DNA from: Patescibacteria group bacterium
GTDB lineage: Bacteria; Patescibacteriota; Patescibacteriia; UBA9934
Direction of reading: 5' to 3'
NCBI GenBank assembly: GCA_041666145.1
Contig: JBAYHK010000002.1
Span: forward strand, 64,260 to 128,259
Length of the DNA: 64,000 bases
The first letter of the stretch is position 1; each line of letters begins with the position of its first letter. Made by a program: the position numbers and the translations under genes. Positions 1 to 8,893 of the stretch are shown here, piece after piece. The notes beneath the pieces were generated by a model. That model was not told the DNA's origin. It made no database searches and was given only the letters and a program-made list of their open reading frames with translations.

Positions 1-668
1 GTGTAGAAGCTGCCTTCGTCCGGCATTCTTCGGGCAGTACGCTCGAGGTCTTGAAGCTCCGGCAGCTCTTTGCCAAGGAACCGTTCGACTGCTCTGGCAC
101 TCGCGCTTTCACGGAACGGACCGTATTCAGCGAGAAAGAAAGCTCTGGTGAACCAGATCTCCACACGCCGACGCAAGTCATCTCCTTCCGGAAGGAAGTG
201 ACGCGCCGCATTTATGGTCGCATAGAACTCCCACGAACACATGATCCGGTAGGAGGGATCGTGCCATAGGTCGTGACGTGGGTTGAGCTTGAGTGTCGAC
301 TCGAAGACGTTCCGCAGAAACTGTTCGGTGAGCTGTTGCTCGTTCCAGCCGAAGAACTCCATGAGGCCACGTAGCGTGAGAGTGCCCTTGCGCTGTCCGA
401 TACAGACAGCGATTTTGTCGATGATAGAGAGCTCTGGTTTTTCTCCAGAACGATCCCTGGGTGTTTCTCTGTCGACTCGACAGCCGATGATCACGGGTTC
501 GTCGATGCGAGTGTGATCCTGGAAGTAGAATGTGTGTTCTTCCATCATTTCCCGGAGTGCAGCCAGGAATTCGTTCTTGAAACCATGTCTGACCATGAGT
601 TGCAGACGTTGATCGCCGGCAAACTCGATTGTACGGAGAAGCTCTGCGCGTTCTTCTTGACTGTTCAT
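1..668 (-). CDS. Hypothetical protein, partial (N-terminal part in window, continues past window start). It lies in a GC-rich (~57%) segment that differs from the rest of the window.
   Basis: ATG at 668-666 lies one nt after the stop of the upstream 90-aa ORF. Hand translation gives an uninterrupted frame to position 1 (MNSQEERAELLRTIEFAGDQRLQLMVRHGFKNEF...). It is not in the ORF track because it runs off the window. No recognised motif. Confidence 0.45.
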   Translation of the reverse strand, partial: MNSQEERAELLRTIEFAGDQRLQLMVRHGFKNEFLAALREMMEEHTFYFQDHTRIDEPVIIGCRVDRETPRDRSGEKPELSIIDKIAVCIGQRKGTLTLRGLMEFFGWNEQQLTEQFLRNVFESTLKLNPRHDLWHDPSYRIMCSWEFYATINAARHFLPEGDDLRRRVEIWFTRAFFLAEYGPFRESASARAVERFLGKELPELQDLERTARRMPDEGSFY

Positions 669-669
669 C

Positions 670-942
670 TCATTCTCCACGAACGTGCTCCACTCCCTCT
701 CGGGGCGAGCGTGTTCTGTTGGTGGTGGTAACGAACGCCTCGAAGACGTCGTCACCGTGGTCCCTGAGCATTATTGCCAGGAACCGGGCAGCGTTAGCTT
801 GTCGGCGTGGCCAACGAGCTGCGGCAACTCTTTGCACCTTGCTTGGGCTGCTTCCAGTCCTTGCAAGATCGACCAGCTCCACATGACGCAGAGCCGGACC
901 AGCGAGCTTTTTGAGCTCATCCAAGTTCATCGTCTGTGACAT
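670..942 (-). CDS. Small hypothetical protein (90 aa), first gene of a two-gene GC-rich module
   Basis: ORF track 670..942 (-). TGA stop sits 1 nt before the ATG of the downstream ORF (tight coupling). The basic, Ala/Arg-rich middle suggests possible DNA binding, but this is weak. Confidence 0.45.
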   Translation of the reverse strand: MSQTMNLDELKKLAGPALRHVELVDLARTGSSPSKVQRVAAARWPRRQANAARFLAIMLRDHGDDVFEAFVTTTNRTRSPREGVEHVRGE

Positions 943-1137
943 GTAAGCCTCCTGTTATCAAAAGATCAACGGACGATGAAAAATACCATAATCCTATATA
1001 AAAATCAACTGCTTTCTCAATATTGAGTAATACATCGCTATCATGAAGCTCACAGAGGCGGATTTAGCTTGTTCATCAAAAACAAAACCGTCCACCAGAG
1101 TGAGCGGCCCGTATGGCGCTCGTGGTGGGCGGTGAGA

Positions 1138-1539
1138 CTATCCCTTATGAAACTCAATTTTATGACGATAGGCGACTGCAAATTCGTCTTCCTCGGTCGC
1201 CCCGAGGACCGTCATGACTTGGTCGAGCAGATCCTTGCGAGTCTGTACACGCAGACTCGTCGCCTCCCACTCCATTACGCAGACGTGGCGGCACGCAACC
1301 ACGAGGTGACCCGCGACACAGAGATCCGCTTGAGAAATCGGTGTCTCGGCCACTGCGTTGTACTGCATGAAGATGTTTGCCGCGGTAACTCCCCAGTCAT
1401 CTGTCCAAGCAGCAATGATCACTTCCGTGGTTCCGAAGAAGCGAAGTGGAACTGCTGCCGATAGACTCGAAGCAACGATCTGCTCTGGGGTTTTCTCCTC
1501 ATACCGCAAGGAACCGAGATCGAGCAACAAAACATGCAT
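1138..1539 (-). CDS. Hypothetical protein (133 aa)
   Basis: ORF track 1138..1593 (-). Internal ATG at 1539 is preceded by AGGAGCT 7 nt upstream (SD). The competing + strand ORF 1069..1464 has no SD. Confidence 0.4.
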   Translation of the reverse strand: MHVLLLDLGSLRYEEKTPEQIVASSLSAAVPLRFFGTTEVIIAAWTDDWGVTAANIFMQYNAVAETPISQADLCVAGHLVVACRHVCVMEWEATSLRVQTRKDLLDQVMTVLGATEEDEFAVAYRHKIEFHKG

Positions 1540-1724
1540 GGTAGCTCCTGAAGAAACGCGGTGTTCAAAGCCGCTAGTGATTGATTCGAACAACTAACTA
1601 TACACAAAAAAACGTACTTTTGTCCATTTTAGATGGATAATTTCGCATTTTTCCAAAAACATTCCAACTAAAAAATGCCTCCCGCAAAAGTTCAAGCTCC
1701 GCCTTAACTAGCTCCTGAACTAGC

Positions 1725-1753
1725 AAAACCCCCAGCATTTTACTGGGGGTTTT
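1725..1753. terminator. Rho-independent terminator (bidirectional; A-tract, 7-bp GC stem CCCCCAG/CTGGGGG, T-tract) downstream of pheT
   Basis: aaaaCCCCCAGcatttta CTGGGGGtttt read directly from the sequence. Confidence 0.55.
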
Positions 1754-1795
1754 ACTGACTTTTGAGCGATACGCCTCTAGAACAGTTCCAACATT

Positions 1796-4180
1796 TTATG
1801 AGCGCACGATTCCTCCGACTCGGAGAGCGAGTTCGCGGGTGACTGTCGCAATGAGTGTATCGACTTCTTCTCCGGTAAGCGTTCTGTCTGGCGCCATCAT
1901 CGTCACAGACAATGTCACGCTCTTCTTTCCTGCAGGAACCTCTGATCCACGATACGTTTCGACAACGTCGCAAGCACGAACAAGTGCGCCGGAACCACAT
2001 ACCACGTCACGAACCTTTTCGAATTCAGAACGTTCGTCTAGAAGCACGGCGATATCACGACGAACGGACGGGAATGTTGGCACTGGACGATATGAATGAG
2101 TGAGTTTCATTCTTGGCATAAATGCTTCAACATCAATCTTTGCAAGAAATACTGGCCGATGAATGCCGAATGCTTCCTGAAAATCCGCAGAAACCTGTCC
2201 AAGAACGCCAACACGAACACCGTCTGAATGCACAGAAACCGAACGGCCAGGATGCCAATGATTTTCGTCGTCTAATCGTTCAAAGGTAAAGGCAATTCCC
2301 GTTCTCGCCGCAATCCACTCCAAAAGTCCTCTGAGCTCCATGAATGTTTTTTCGGCATCAAAGATTCCATACATGCCAGCCAAAAACATTAATCGTTCAT
2401 CTGGTAAATCCCCTTCACGCGGAATGTATACACGAGACACTTCAAATGTTTTTGCAGAAGGAACAAGTGCCTGATTCCTCTCAATTGCCCGAAGCATGGA
2501 CGGAGTAAGCGTTGGACGAAGATGCGTCAAATCAGCAGTCAATGGATTCAAAACATTTAATGCATCTTTTGGACTAATTCCATACGACTGAAGATCTGCA
2601 ACACTTACTAACGAGTTACTGAAACATTCCACAAAGCCACGCTCTGCAAGAACGCGCTTCAGCCATTGCTCCCAAACAAGAGAGGCGTCGTCTACCCCAT
2701 CTGGCAGGCGCGATGCCGGCAATACTGACGGCATGTTGTGATATCCGTACATGCGAGCGACTTCTTCTGTGAAATCGATTTCTCCTTCAATGTCTTCTTC
2801 GCGCCAATATGGAACAGTGGCATTGAATACCTTCCCAGATTTCTCAAGAGAAAAACCAAGATCTGTAAGAGTCTTCTTCATTTGAGCATCTGAAATATCA
2901 ATGCCAATGTGAGAACGAATCTTTTCAAAGTCTACTGAAAAAATCTTTGGCTCATACGGCGCAACTCGCTCGTCAATAACTTCACCAACAACAACACCGC
3001 CACAAATCTCTTTTATGAGTTCAATTGCACGAGCCAATGCAATTGCAGGCATTTCTACAGAAAGTCCTTTTTCAAAAAGCGTCTGTGCGTCACTTGAAAG
3101 ATCTAACGCTCGACCAGTACGACGAATGCTCTGCGCATCAAAAGTCGACGCAACAAGAACCAGAGAAGTGGTTTCTTTTTTAATCCCAGAATTTTCGCCA
3201 CCCATAATTCCGGCAATATCAAGCGGCCTTACTGCGTCGGCAATAACTAAATGACCATCTAGAGAATACGTTTTTCCATTCAATGCAAAAATTTCTTCGC
3301 CAGAAGTCCCACGACGAACATGCAACTCGTCACCTTCTATCGCATTCAAATCAAATGAGTGCAAAGGCTGACCGTATTCCAACATGACGTAATTCGTAAT
3401 GTCCACAATCGCGTTAATTGGACGCAATCCATTCAAAACAAGCCGCTTTTGTATCCACCATGGCGACGATCCGATTACGACGTCAGACATAACGGCCGCC
3501 ATTTGGCGACGACATCCTTTCTTGTCGTCAATAATGACGCTAATTGGCGAAACCCCTTCTCCTCGCAATAATTCTGTTGGTTCCCAAGAAAACTTTGCAT
3601 TCACCGCAGCGCCAGCTTCGCGAGCAAGGCCCACAATTCCCTTTGCGTCCGGTCGATTCGTTGTAATCTCAACGTCGAAGACTACGTCATCCAATCCAAG
3701 TGCGTCAGCGAGTGGGGTTCCTGCAGGAGCATCTGTAATGGAACCAAGGCTCCAAATACTTCGCTCCCCCACCTGTAACGCATCAAAACCAATCTCCGCT
3801 GGCCCGCACAACATGCCCGCACTTTCTACGTCGCGAATTGTGCTGAGATTAATTTCACGTCGCTCACCATTCCCGCTAAAAACTTTCGCACCAGGCAAAG
3901 CAACCGCAACTCGCATTCCCTCGACAAGATTTGTTCCACCACAAACAATAGTCACTTCTTTTTTTCCAATGTTTACAGTCACAACATGAAGACGATCTGC
4001 ATTTGGATGCTGAGCAATGGTCAGAAGATCTCCGACAACAATATTCGCGCAGCGCGCACCAATGTCGTCAATACTTTCCACACTCATCGAGCGCAATGAA
4101 AACTCCTTCGCAAACTCTTCTGGAGAGAGATTTGTTTTTATGTACTCCTTCAGCCAGTGATATGAGGCGAGAATATTCAT
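1796..4180 (-). CDS. pheT: Phenylalanine--tRNA ligase beta subunit
   Basis: 794-aa ORF. The N-terminal tRNA-binding domain, B3/4 and B5 domains and C-terminal anticodon-binding region are recognisable. It lies immediately downstream of pheS. Confidence 0.93.
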   Translation of the reverse strand: MNILASYHWLKEYIKTNLSPEEFAKEFSLRSMSVESIDDIGARCANIVVGDLLTIAQHPNADRLHVVTVNIGKKEVTIVCGGTNLVEGMRVAVALPGAKVFSGNGERREINLSTIRDVESAGMLCGPAEIGFDALQVGERSIWSLGSITDAPAGTPLADALGLDDVVFDVEITTNRPDAKGIVGLAREAGAAVNAKFSWEPTELLRGEGVSPISVIIDDKKGCRRQMAAVMSDVVIGSSPWWIQKRLVLNGLRPINAIVDITNYVMLEYGQPLHSFDLNAIEGDELHVRRGTSGEEIFALNGKTYSLDGHLVIADAVRPLDIAGIMGGENSGIKKETTSLVLVASTFDAQSIRRTGRALDLSSDAQTLFEKGLSVEMPAIALARAIELIKEICGGVVVGEVIDERVAPYEPKIFSVDFEKIRSHIGIDISDAQMKKTLTDLGFSLEKSGKVFNATVPYWREEDIEGEIDFTEEVARMYGYHNMPSVLPASRLPDGVDDASLVWEQWLKRVLAERGFVECFSNSLVSVADLQSYGISPKDALNVLNPLTADLTHLRPTLTPSMLRAIERNQALVPSAKTFEVSRVYIPREGDLPDERLMFLAGMYGIFDAEKTFMELRGLLEWIAARTGIAFTFERLDDENHWHPGRSVSVHSDGVRVGVLGQVSADFQEAFGIHRPVFLAKIDVEAFMPRMKLTHSYRPVPTFPSVRRDIAVLLDERSEFEKVRDVVCGSGALVRACDVVETYRGSEVPAGKKSVTLSVTMMAPDRTLTGEEVDTLIATVTRELALRVGGIVRS

Positions 4181-4181
4181 A

Positions 4182-5249
4182 CTAGAATTGCGTCAAAAAT
4201 CGCAGATCGTTCTTATAAAGCGTGCGAATGTCGTCAATGTTAATTCCTGAACGCATCATCATGGTGCGCTCAAGTCCCCATCCAAACGCAAAACCTGAAT
4301 ACTTTTCTGGATCTAAGCCTCCGGCCTTCAGCACGTGCGGATGAACCATTCCCGCACCACCAAGCTCGAGCCATCCCTCTTTGCATAACTTACATTTCAC
4401 GTCGTTTACCTTGCCGGTTCCGTTACAGACACTGCACGAAACATCGAGCTCAAAACTTGGCTCAGTAAATCGAAAGTGATATGGGCGTAATCGCGTTGCA
4501 CGATCTGGCCCAAAATATCGTTTTACAAAATAATCAAAAACACCCTTAAGCTCAGTAACCGTCACCTTCTCATCAATCATGAGCCCTTCAAATTGATGAA
4601 ACATAGAAAGATGCCGTGCACTTGATTGACGGCGATAACACTTTCCAATCGAAATCATTCGAATAGGAAGCTTGCCTTTTTGCATTTCACGCACCTGACC
4701 GTTGCTCGTATGTGGCGTGAGAACCACCTTCCCAAGGTCGCCAGTCATGACTGAATCTCCGTCTGCAACAAAGAACGTCTCCCAATCATCTCGAGCAGGA
4801 TGTTCCTTTGGCATGTTTAATGACTCAAAAGCGTAATAGTCCCAATCCACTTCTGGATGGTGAACGCGCACAAAACCAAGATGAGAAAAGATGCAGGAAA
4901 TTTCTTCAATTCCCTGCGTTGTAAGGTGAAGATGGCCAATTGCTGACGTTGAACCTGGCAATGTAACGTCAATCCACTCCTTCCCATAACGTTCAGATTT
5001 CGCTGCATCTGCCACCCGTGACTGTGCCGCATCAAACGCGCCCTCTAACATTCGTTTTACGTCATTCGCATGCTTTCCCATCTCCCGTCGTTCATCGTCA
5101 GACAAGCCTGCAAGATCTTTCATCGCTTCAGCCATCCGGCCTTTTCTGCCAATGAAATCAATGCGAACAGCCTCAAGATCTTCTGCAGTTTTTACTGCAG
5201 AAAATGCCTGCAATGCATCGGCCTGTAATTGCTGAAATACATCAGTCAT
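4182..5249 (-). CDS. pheS: Phenylalanine--tRNA ligase alpha subunit
   Basis: Class II aaRS core motifs (…FRFTEPSFE…, GWLELGGAGMVHP, GFAFGWGLERT). ATG at 5249 (MTDVFQQL) chosen over the TTG at 5270 in the track; it lies 4 nt after the rseP stop. Confidence 0.9.
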   Translation of the reverse strand: MTDVFQQLQADALQAFSAVKTAEDLEAVRIDFIGRKGRMAEAMKDLAGLSDDERREMGKHANDVKRMLEGAFDAAQSRVADAAKSERYGKEWIDVTLPGSTSAIGHLHLTTQGIEEISCIFSHLGFVRVHHPEVDWDYYAFESLNMPKEHPARDDWETFFVADGDSVMTGDLGKVVLTPHTSNGQVREMQKGKLPIRMISIGKCYRRQSSARHLSMFHQFEGLMIDEKVTVTELKGVFDYFVKRYFGPDRATRLRPYHFRFTEPSFELDVSCSVCNGTGKVNDVKCKLCKEGWLELGGAGMVHPHVLKAGGLDPEKYSGFAFGWGLERTMMMRSGINIDDIRTLYKNDLRFLTQF

Positions 5250-5253
5250 ACAC

Positions 5254-6336
5254 CTAGAAAAAATGAACAATATCCTTCACCGTAACAATAATGACAATGA
5301 GAAGCAAGAATGCAAACCCAACGGCATGAACCCCTTGCTCGAACACTACACTGGCCTTTTTTCGACGAATTGCTTCATAAAAGAGGAAAACCAATCTTCC
5401 TCCGTCTAACGCAGGGAACGGCAGAATGTTAATCACCGCAAGGTTAATCGAAAGCATTGCCGCGAATTGAACAAGATGAAATGCGCCGAGTGACGCTACT
5501 TGCCCAGTCAAAACAGCAATCCCTACTGGACCAGATAAATTCGCAGAAACATCTTGCTGAAGGAAAAGCCCCTTTATCATGTTTCCAAATGCAGACAATA
5601 CTTCCCAAGTTGACGATGCGGTAACTTCAAAACCCTTCCCAGGGGCGCTGTACCACGGATATCGAACAAATCCCGTTTCAACAATGGCAACACCAACGCC
5701 GTCACGACCAAGCTCTGCAACATACATCGGCGCTACCGAAAGCGTCTGCGTCTCACCATTTCGAGAAACCATGATCGAGAGTGGAGTTGAATCGGTGTGT
5801 GGAATCAATGCACCTCGAGCTTCGATTCCTGATTCATAGCCAACTCCGTCGATAGTGAGCAATCGATCACCGATTTTTGCTCCGGCGACATCTGCGGCAG
5901 AACCAGGAAGAATCTCAACGATGCTGATCATCCTGTCTGAAACGACTGCTCCAGATTCCACTCCATCTTCAACAATCGTTGGAAGGCCAAAAACGAAACC
6001 GACAGTAAAAAGCACCCACGCAAGAACAAGGTTCATGACGACTCCGGCAATAACCACTACAAAACGCTTAAACCACTTTTGACTAGCAAAGCTGTCTGGT
6101 GCATGTGCGTCTCCATCCGACTCCCCCTTGATCTTCACAAAACCGCCCAGTGGAATCGCATTCACACTCCACAGTGTCCCCTTCTTACTCTTCCACCCAA
6201 AAATTCTTGGAGGAAATCCAATGCCAAACTCGTCAACCGTCATGCCTGAACGTCGTGCTGCAAAGAAATGCCCCCATTCATGCACTAAAACTAACACGGA
6301 AAGTAATGCAAGAAACAAAAGGATGGTCCAAAACAT
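5254..6336 (-). CDS. rseP: RIP site-2 metalloprotease (RseP/YaeL family, M50) with PDZ domain
   Basis: HEWGH zinc motif in the first TM region, internal PDZ segment, LDGG motif near the C-terminus. ATG at 6336 (MFWTILL…) preferred over the TTG at 6381. Confidence 0.85.
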   Translation of the reverse strand: MFWTILLFLALLSVLVLVHEWGHFFAARRSGMTVDEFGIGFPPRIFGWKSKKGTLWSVNAIPLGGFVKIKGESDGDAHAPDSFASQKWFKRFVVVIAGVVMNLVLAWVLFTVGFVFGLPTIVEDGVESGAVVSDRMISIVEILPGSAADVAGAKIGDRLLTIDGVGYESGIEARGALIPHTDSTPLSIMVSRNGETQTLSVAPMYVAELGRDGVGVAIVETGFVRYPWYSAPGKGFEVTASSTWEVLSAFGNMIKGLFLQQDVSANLSGPVGIAVLTGQVASLGAFHLVQFAAMLSINLAVINILPFPALDGGRLVFLFYEAIRRKKASVVFEQGVHAVGFAFLLLIVIIVTVKDIVHFF

Positions 6337-6381
6337 AGTGCGCACAGTGTAGCGAAAAAGAACGTATCCGACTACCGTCAA

Positions 6382-7567
6382 AATAAAAGGAAAACCCGAT
6401 CGCCACGCAATGTGAGCGACCGGGCAGTGGGAACGAAGCAGACATTCCGACCCTGCGACACAGGATCGGACTTACTAGTCACCTGGATGGAATTGCTGCC
6501 AACTCGAGCATTTCATGCCCAAACGTCGGCAACTCATCCTTCTTTTACCTCCACCAGTAAGGCTTGTCATCGTTGGTGCACCTGTTGGGAAGTGAGCGTG
6601 ATAACGCCGAACCTGACGTCAGAATCCGGGACGAATCCCAGACGACGGAACACGGAGGAAATCATGCTGCGACCTCGCGAACGCCGCGTTACGACCGGGA
6701 TGTTGTATCCCGATAACTAGCGGCGAAAGGAATTCAAACATAAAAAAAATAGACCGTCAATTTTAAAACGAACATGGTCAAAATCATACTGACAGTAACA
6801 TGCTTAAAAAGCGAAGACCCGGCCACCGTCTCCGTAACGCCGTAGCGTTGGGACAGTGGACCGGGTCAGAAAACCCATCGTGAGGGAGTGCCGTGGCACT
6901 TCGTTGAAAGGACAGTGTTGTGCCGAACAGGTCCCGAAGAACCTGACGGGTGCACAGCTGCCCAGAGAGACATGAGCGACGTCGCTGGGCGACGAGGCAA
7001 GACCTTCGTAGGACGGAACTTCGACGGACACTCACCTCAAGATCGACCGGACACACTGTCGCGCTCGGACAAGGCCCAAGCGAGGCAGCCGGCCTCGCAT
7101 CATCCTTTTGAGCTCCTTCACTCTGGATACGGAGCTCTGTGTATTTTTCGCCATCACTACTTCCCGTTCCGGCCGTTCTTGGTCAATCGATTGGCGTCGT
7201 CGGTGAAGCGTTCAGAACAGGTCGGGTTCAGGGTGCCGAGGCAGTACGCAGCGGTGCGAACGGACATTCGGCCGGGAGGGCCGATGCTGGGGAAGTTCAT
7301 GAGGATCTCCTGTGTTGGCTGGCCTGATCAAGGAAGCAAATGGCCGAGGGCGGCCAGATGCTGGGAATGGCCCAAAATTGGGCGACGGTGCTGCGGAAAC
7401 ACGCAAACGCGCAAGGCGTTTCGTGGTGCGATGCATCGAGCGAGGGGTTTGACCCTCAAGAAAAAGCTCCGAAGAGCAAGTTCTTAGCCGAACTACAAGT
7501 GCAACGCAAAGTGGATTACATCACGCCTCATTTCTTCGTGTCAAATCTTTATCAACTCTACAAAAAA
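6382..7567. other. 1.2-kb GC-rich (~57%) ORF-free intergenic segment; candidate large structured non-coding RNA or degraded foreign DNA
   Basis: There is no ORF with plausible composition; the longest, 6888..7487, is Arg-rich junk. The segment has many local hairpins, and its GC is ~10 points above its flanks. See findings. Confidence 0.3.
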
Positions 7568-8893
7568 TTACACAATATTTTTCACAGCACTGATAAATTG
7601 TTCGCCGCGTTCAACAAAATTCTTGAATTGCCCAAAACTTGGTGATGCCGGCGAAAGGAGACAAACTGAATCTTTTTCACAATGTTCAAGAACGTCTCTA
7701 ACAATCTCTGGAAATGTGCTGATCATAATCGGAATACCGCCAGCAGAACGAACTGCTTCTGCGAAACGATCAGCATTCTTCAACAGATAAACTCGAACCC
7801 CAAGATCGACAATACGCTGTGCAATTTCTGAAAAGTCATAGCCACGGTCATGGCCGCCGACGATAATGGCACAAAGACGATCTTGAAAAACATCGATCGC
7901 TGCAAGTGCAGCTGCTGGAGTGGTACAAAATGAATCGTTAATAAATTGGATGCCATTGATTGTCCCAACATCTTGCAATCGATGCGGCAATGACTTGAAT
8001 GACGCAAAAGCACGATCAACAACCGCACGATTGATGCCTAAATAATCGGCAACCGCCAAAACTCCTGCAGCATTTTCACGGTTATGCTCACCAAGAAGCG
8101 TAATCGAATCCAAAGATCGATCGCTTCGATCAACAAACTGAATCGCTTTCGACTTCACGCGCTTCGCAAGATCGACGAGCTGAGGAAAATGTTCGTTATA
8201 CACGAAAACGTCATTCGATGTTTGTACATCTGCAATCCGCATTTTTGCCGCGTGATAACTCGCAACATCGCCGTGATAATCCATGTGCTCTTCATACAGA
8301 TTCAACATGACTGCGATATTCGGAGCGATTACTAAATCAGAAAGCTGATAGCTCGACATTTCAAGAACGAAAATCGTATCCGCAGGTTCGTCAATATGTG
8401 TAATCGCTGGTTCTCCGATATTTCCAGCAAGCACAACTCGCCTCCCCGCCTCTTTAAGAACATGCGCGAGCAATGACGCCGTCGTACTCTTACCTTTTGT
8501 GCCAGTCACTCCGATGATGAAGCCAGACTTCTTGTCGACCCCCTCCAACTCCCCTTTGTTCAGGGGGAAGGTTCGCAACTGACGCTCAGCCATGAAAAGA
8601 TTCGTCGACGATGTGAAGTGCGCTCCAGCATTCTGCATCTCCTCAACATATGCTCGATGCCATGGGACTCCTGGAGACTTAATCACGATTGCTTCAGACG
8701 TAACCACAGCGATCGCATCAGCAAGCTCATGAAACTCAGGGACATCGATTTTCTTCTCATCAGTCACAAGAATTCTCGCAGTTGGAACATGCGACTTTAT
8801 AACGTCATACGTTGCCCTGCCCTCTTTTCCAAAGCCAAGAATGATCACGAGTTTTCCAGATAAATCAACGAGACGCATAGACAATTTTTGCAT
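7568..8893 (-). CDS. murD: UDP-N-acetylmuramoylalanine--D-glutamate ligase
   Basis: Mur ligase Walker-type loop GVTGTKGKSTT, central and C-terminal Mur ligase domains, MurD-like C-terminus (SPASPSFGQFKNFVERGEQF). Start at ATG 8893 or 8878; TTG at 8938 in the track. Overlaps the upstream gene end. Confidence 0.85.
   Translation of the reverse strand: MQKLSMRLVDLSGKLVIILGFGKEGRATYDVIKSHVPTARILVTDEKKIDVPEFHELADAIAVVTSEAIVIKSPGVPWHRAYVEEMQNAGAHFTSSTNLFMAERQLRTFPLNKGELEGVDKKSGFIIGVTGTKGKSTTASLLAHVLKEAGRRVVLAGNIGEPAITHIDEPADTIFVLEMSSYQLSDLVIAPNIAVMLNLYEEHMDYHGDVASYHAAKMRIADVQTSNDVFVYNEHFPQLVDLAKRVKSKAIQFVDRSDRSLDSITLLGEHNRENAAGVLAVADYLGINRAVVDRAFASFKSLPHRLQDVGTINGIQFINDSFCTTPAAALAAIDVFQDRLCAIIVGGHDRGYDFSEIAQRIVDLGVRVYLLKNADRFAEAVRSAGGIPIMISTFPEIVRDVLEHCEKDSVCLLSPASPSFGQFKNFVERGEQFISAVKNIV

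Noticed and set aside
1069-1464. 131-aa + strand ORF overlapping the 1138..1539 minus ORF
   Set aside because: No SD, whereas the minus-strand ORF has AGGAGCT 7 nt upstream of its ATG. Neither has a recognisable domain, so the choice is low-confidence.
6888-7487. 199-aa + strand ORF inside the GC-rich segment
   Set aside because: Arg/Gly/Pro-rich low-complexity translation typical of a random frame in GC-rich DNA. No SD, no motifs.
6382-7567. Tested whether the GC-rich ORF-free segment is RNase P RNA, tmRNA or a group II intron
   Set aside because: A CGGACUU match to the P4 5' strand at 6467-6473 (minus) would place most of the RNA inside rseP. No ACAGARNCCGGCUUA-like 3' motif is present. 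CUCCACCA at 6549-6556 is not preceded by a T-arm. No GUGYG…domain-V (RAGC…GUUC with GNRA loop) could be found. Left as an unclassified RNA candidate.
7340-7645. 101-aa + ORF overlapping the 3' end of murD
   Set aside because: It starts in the GC-rich non-coding segment and overlaps murD in antisense. Tested its C-terminus as a possible tmRNA tag (…LFAAFNKILELPKTW) and found no ALAA-type tag or tRNA-like domain.
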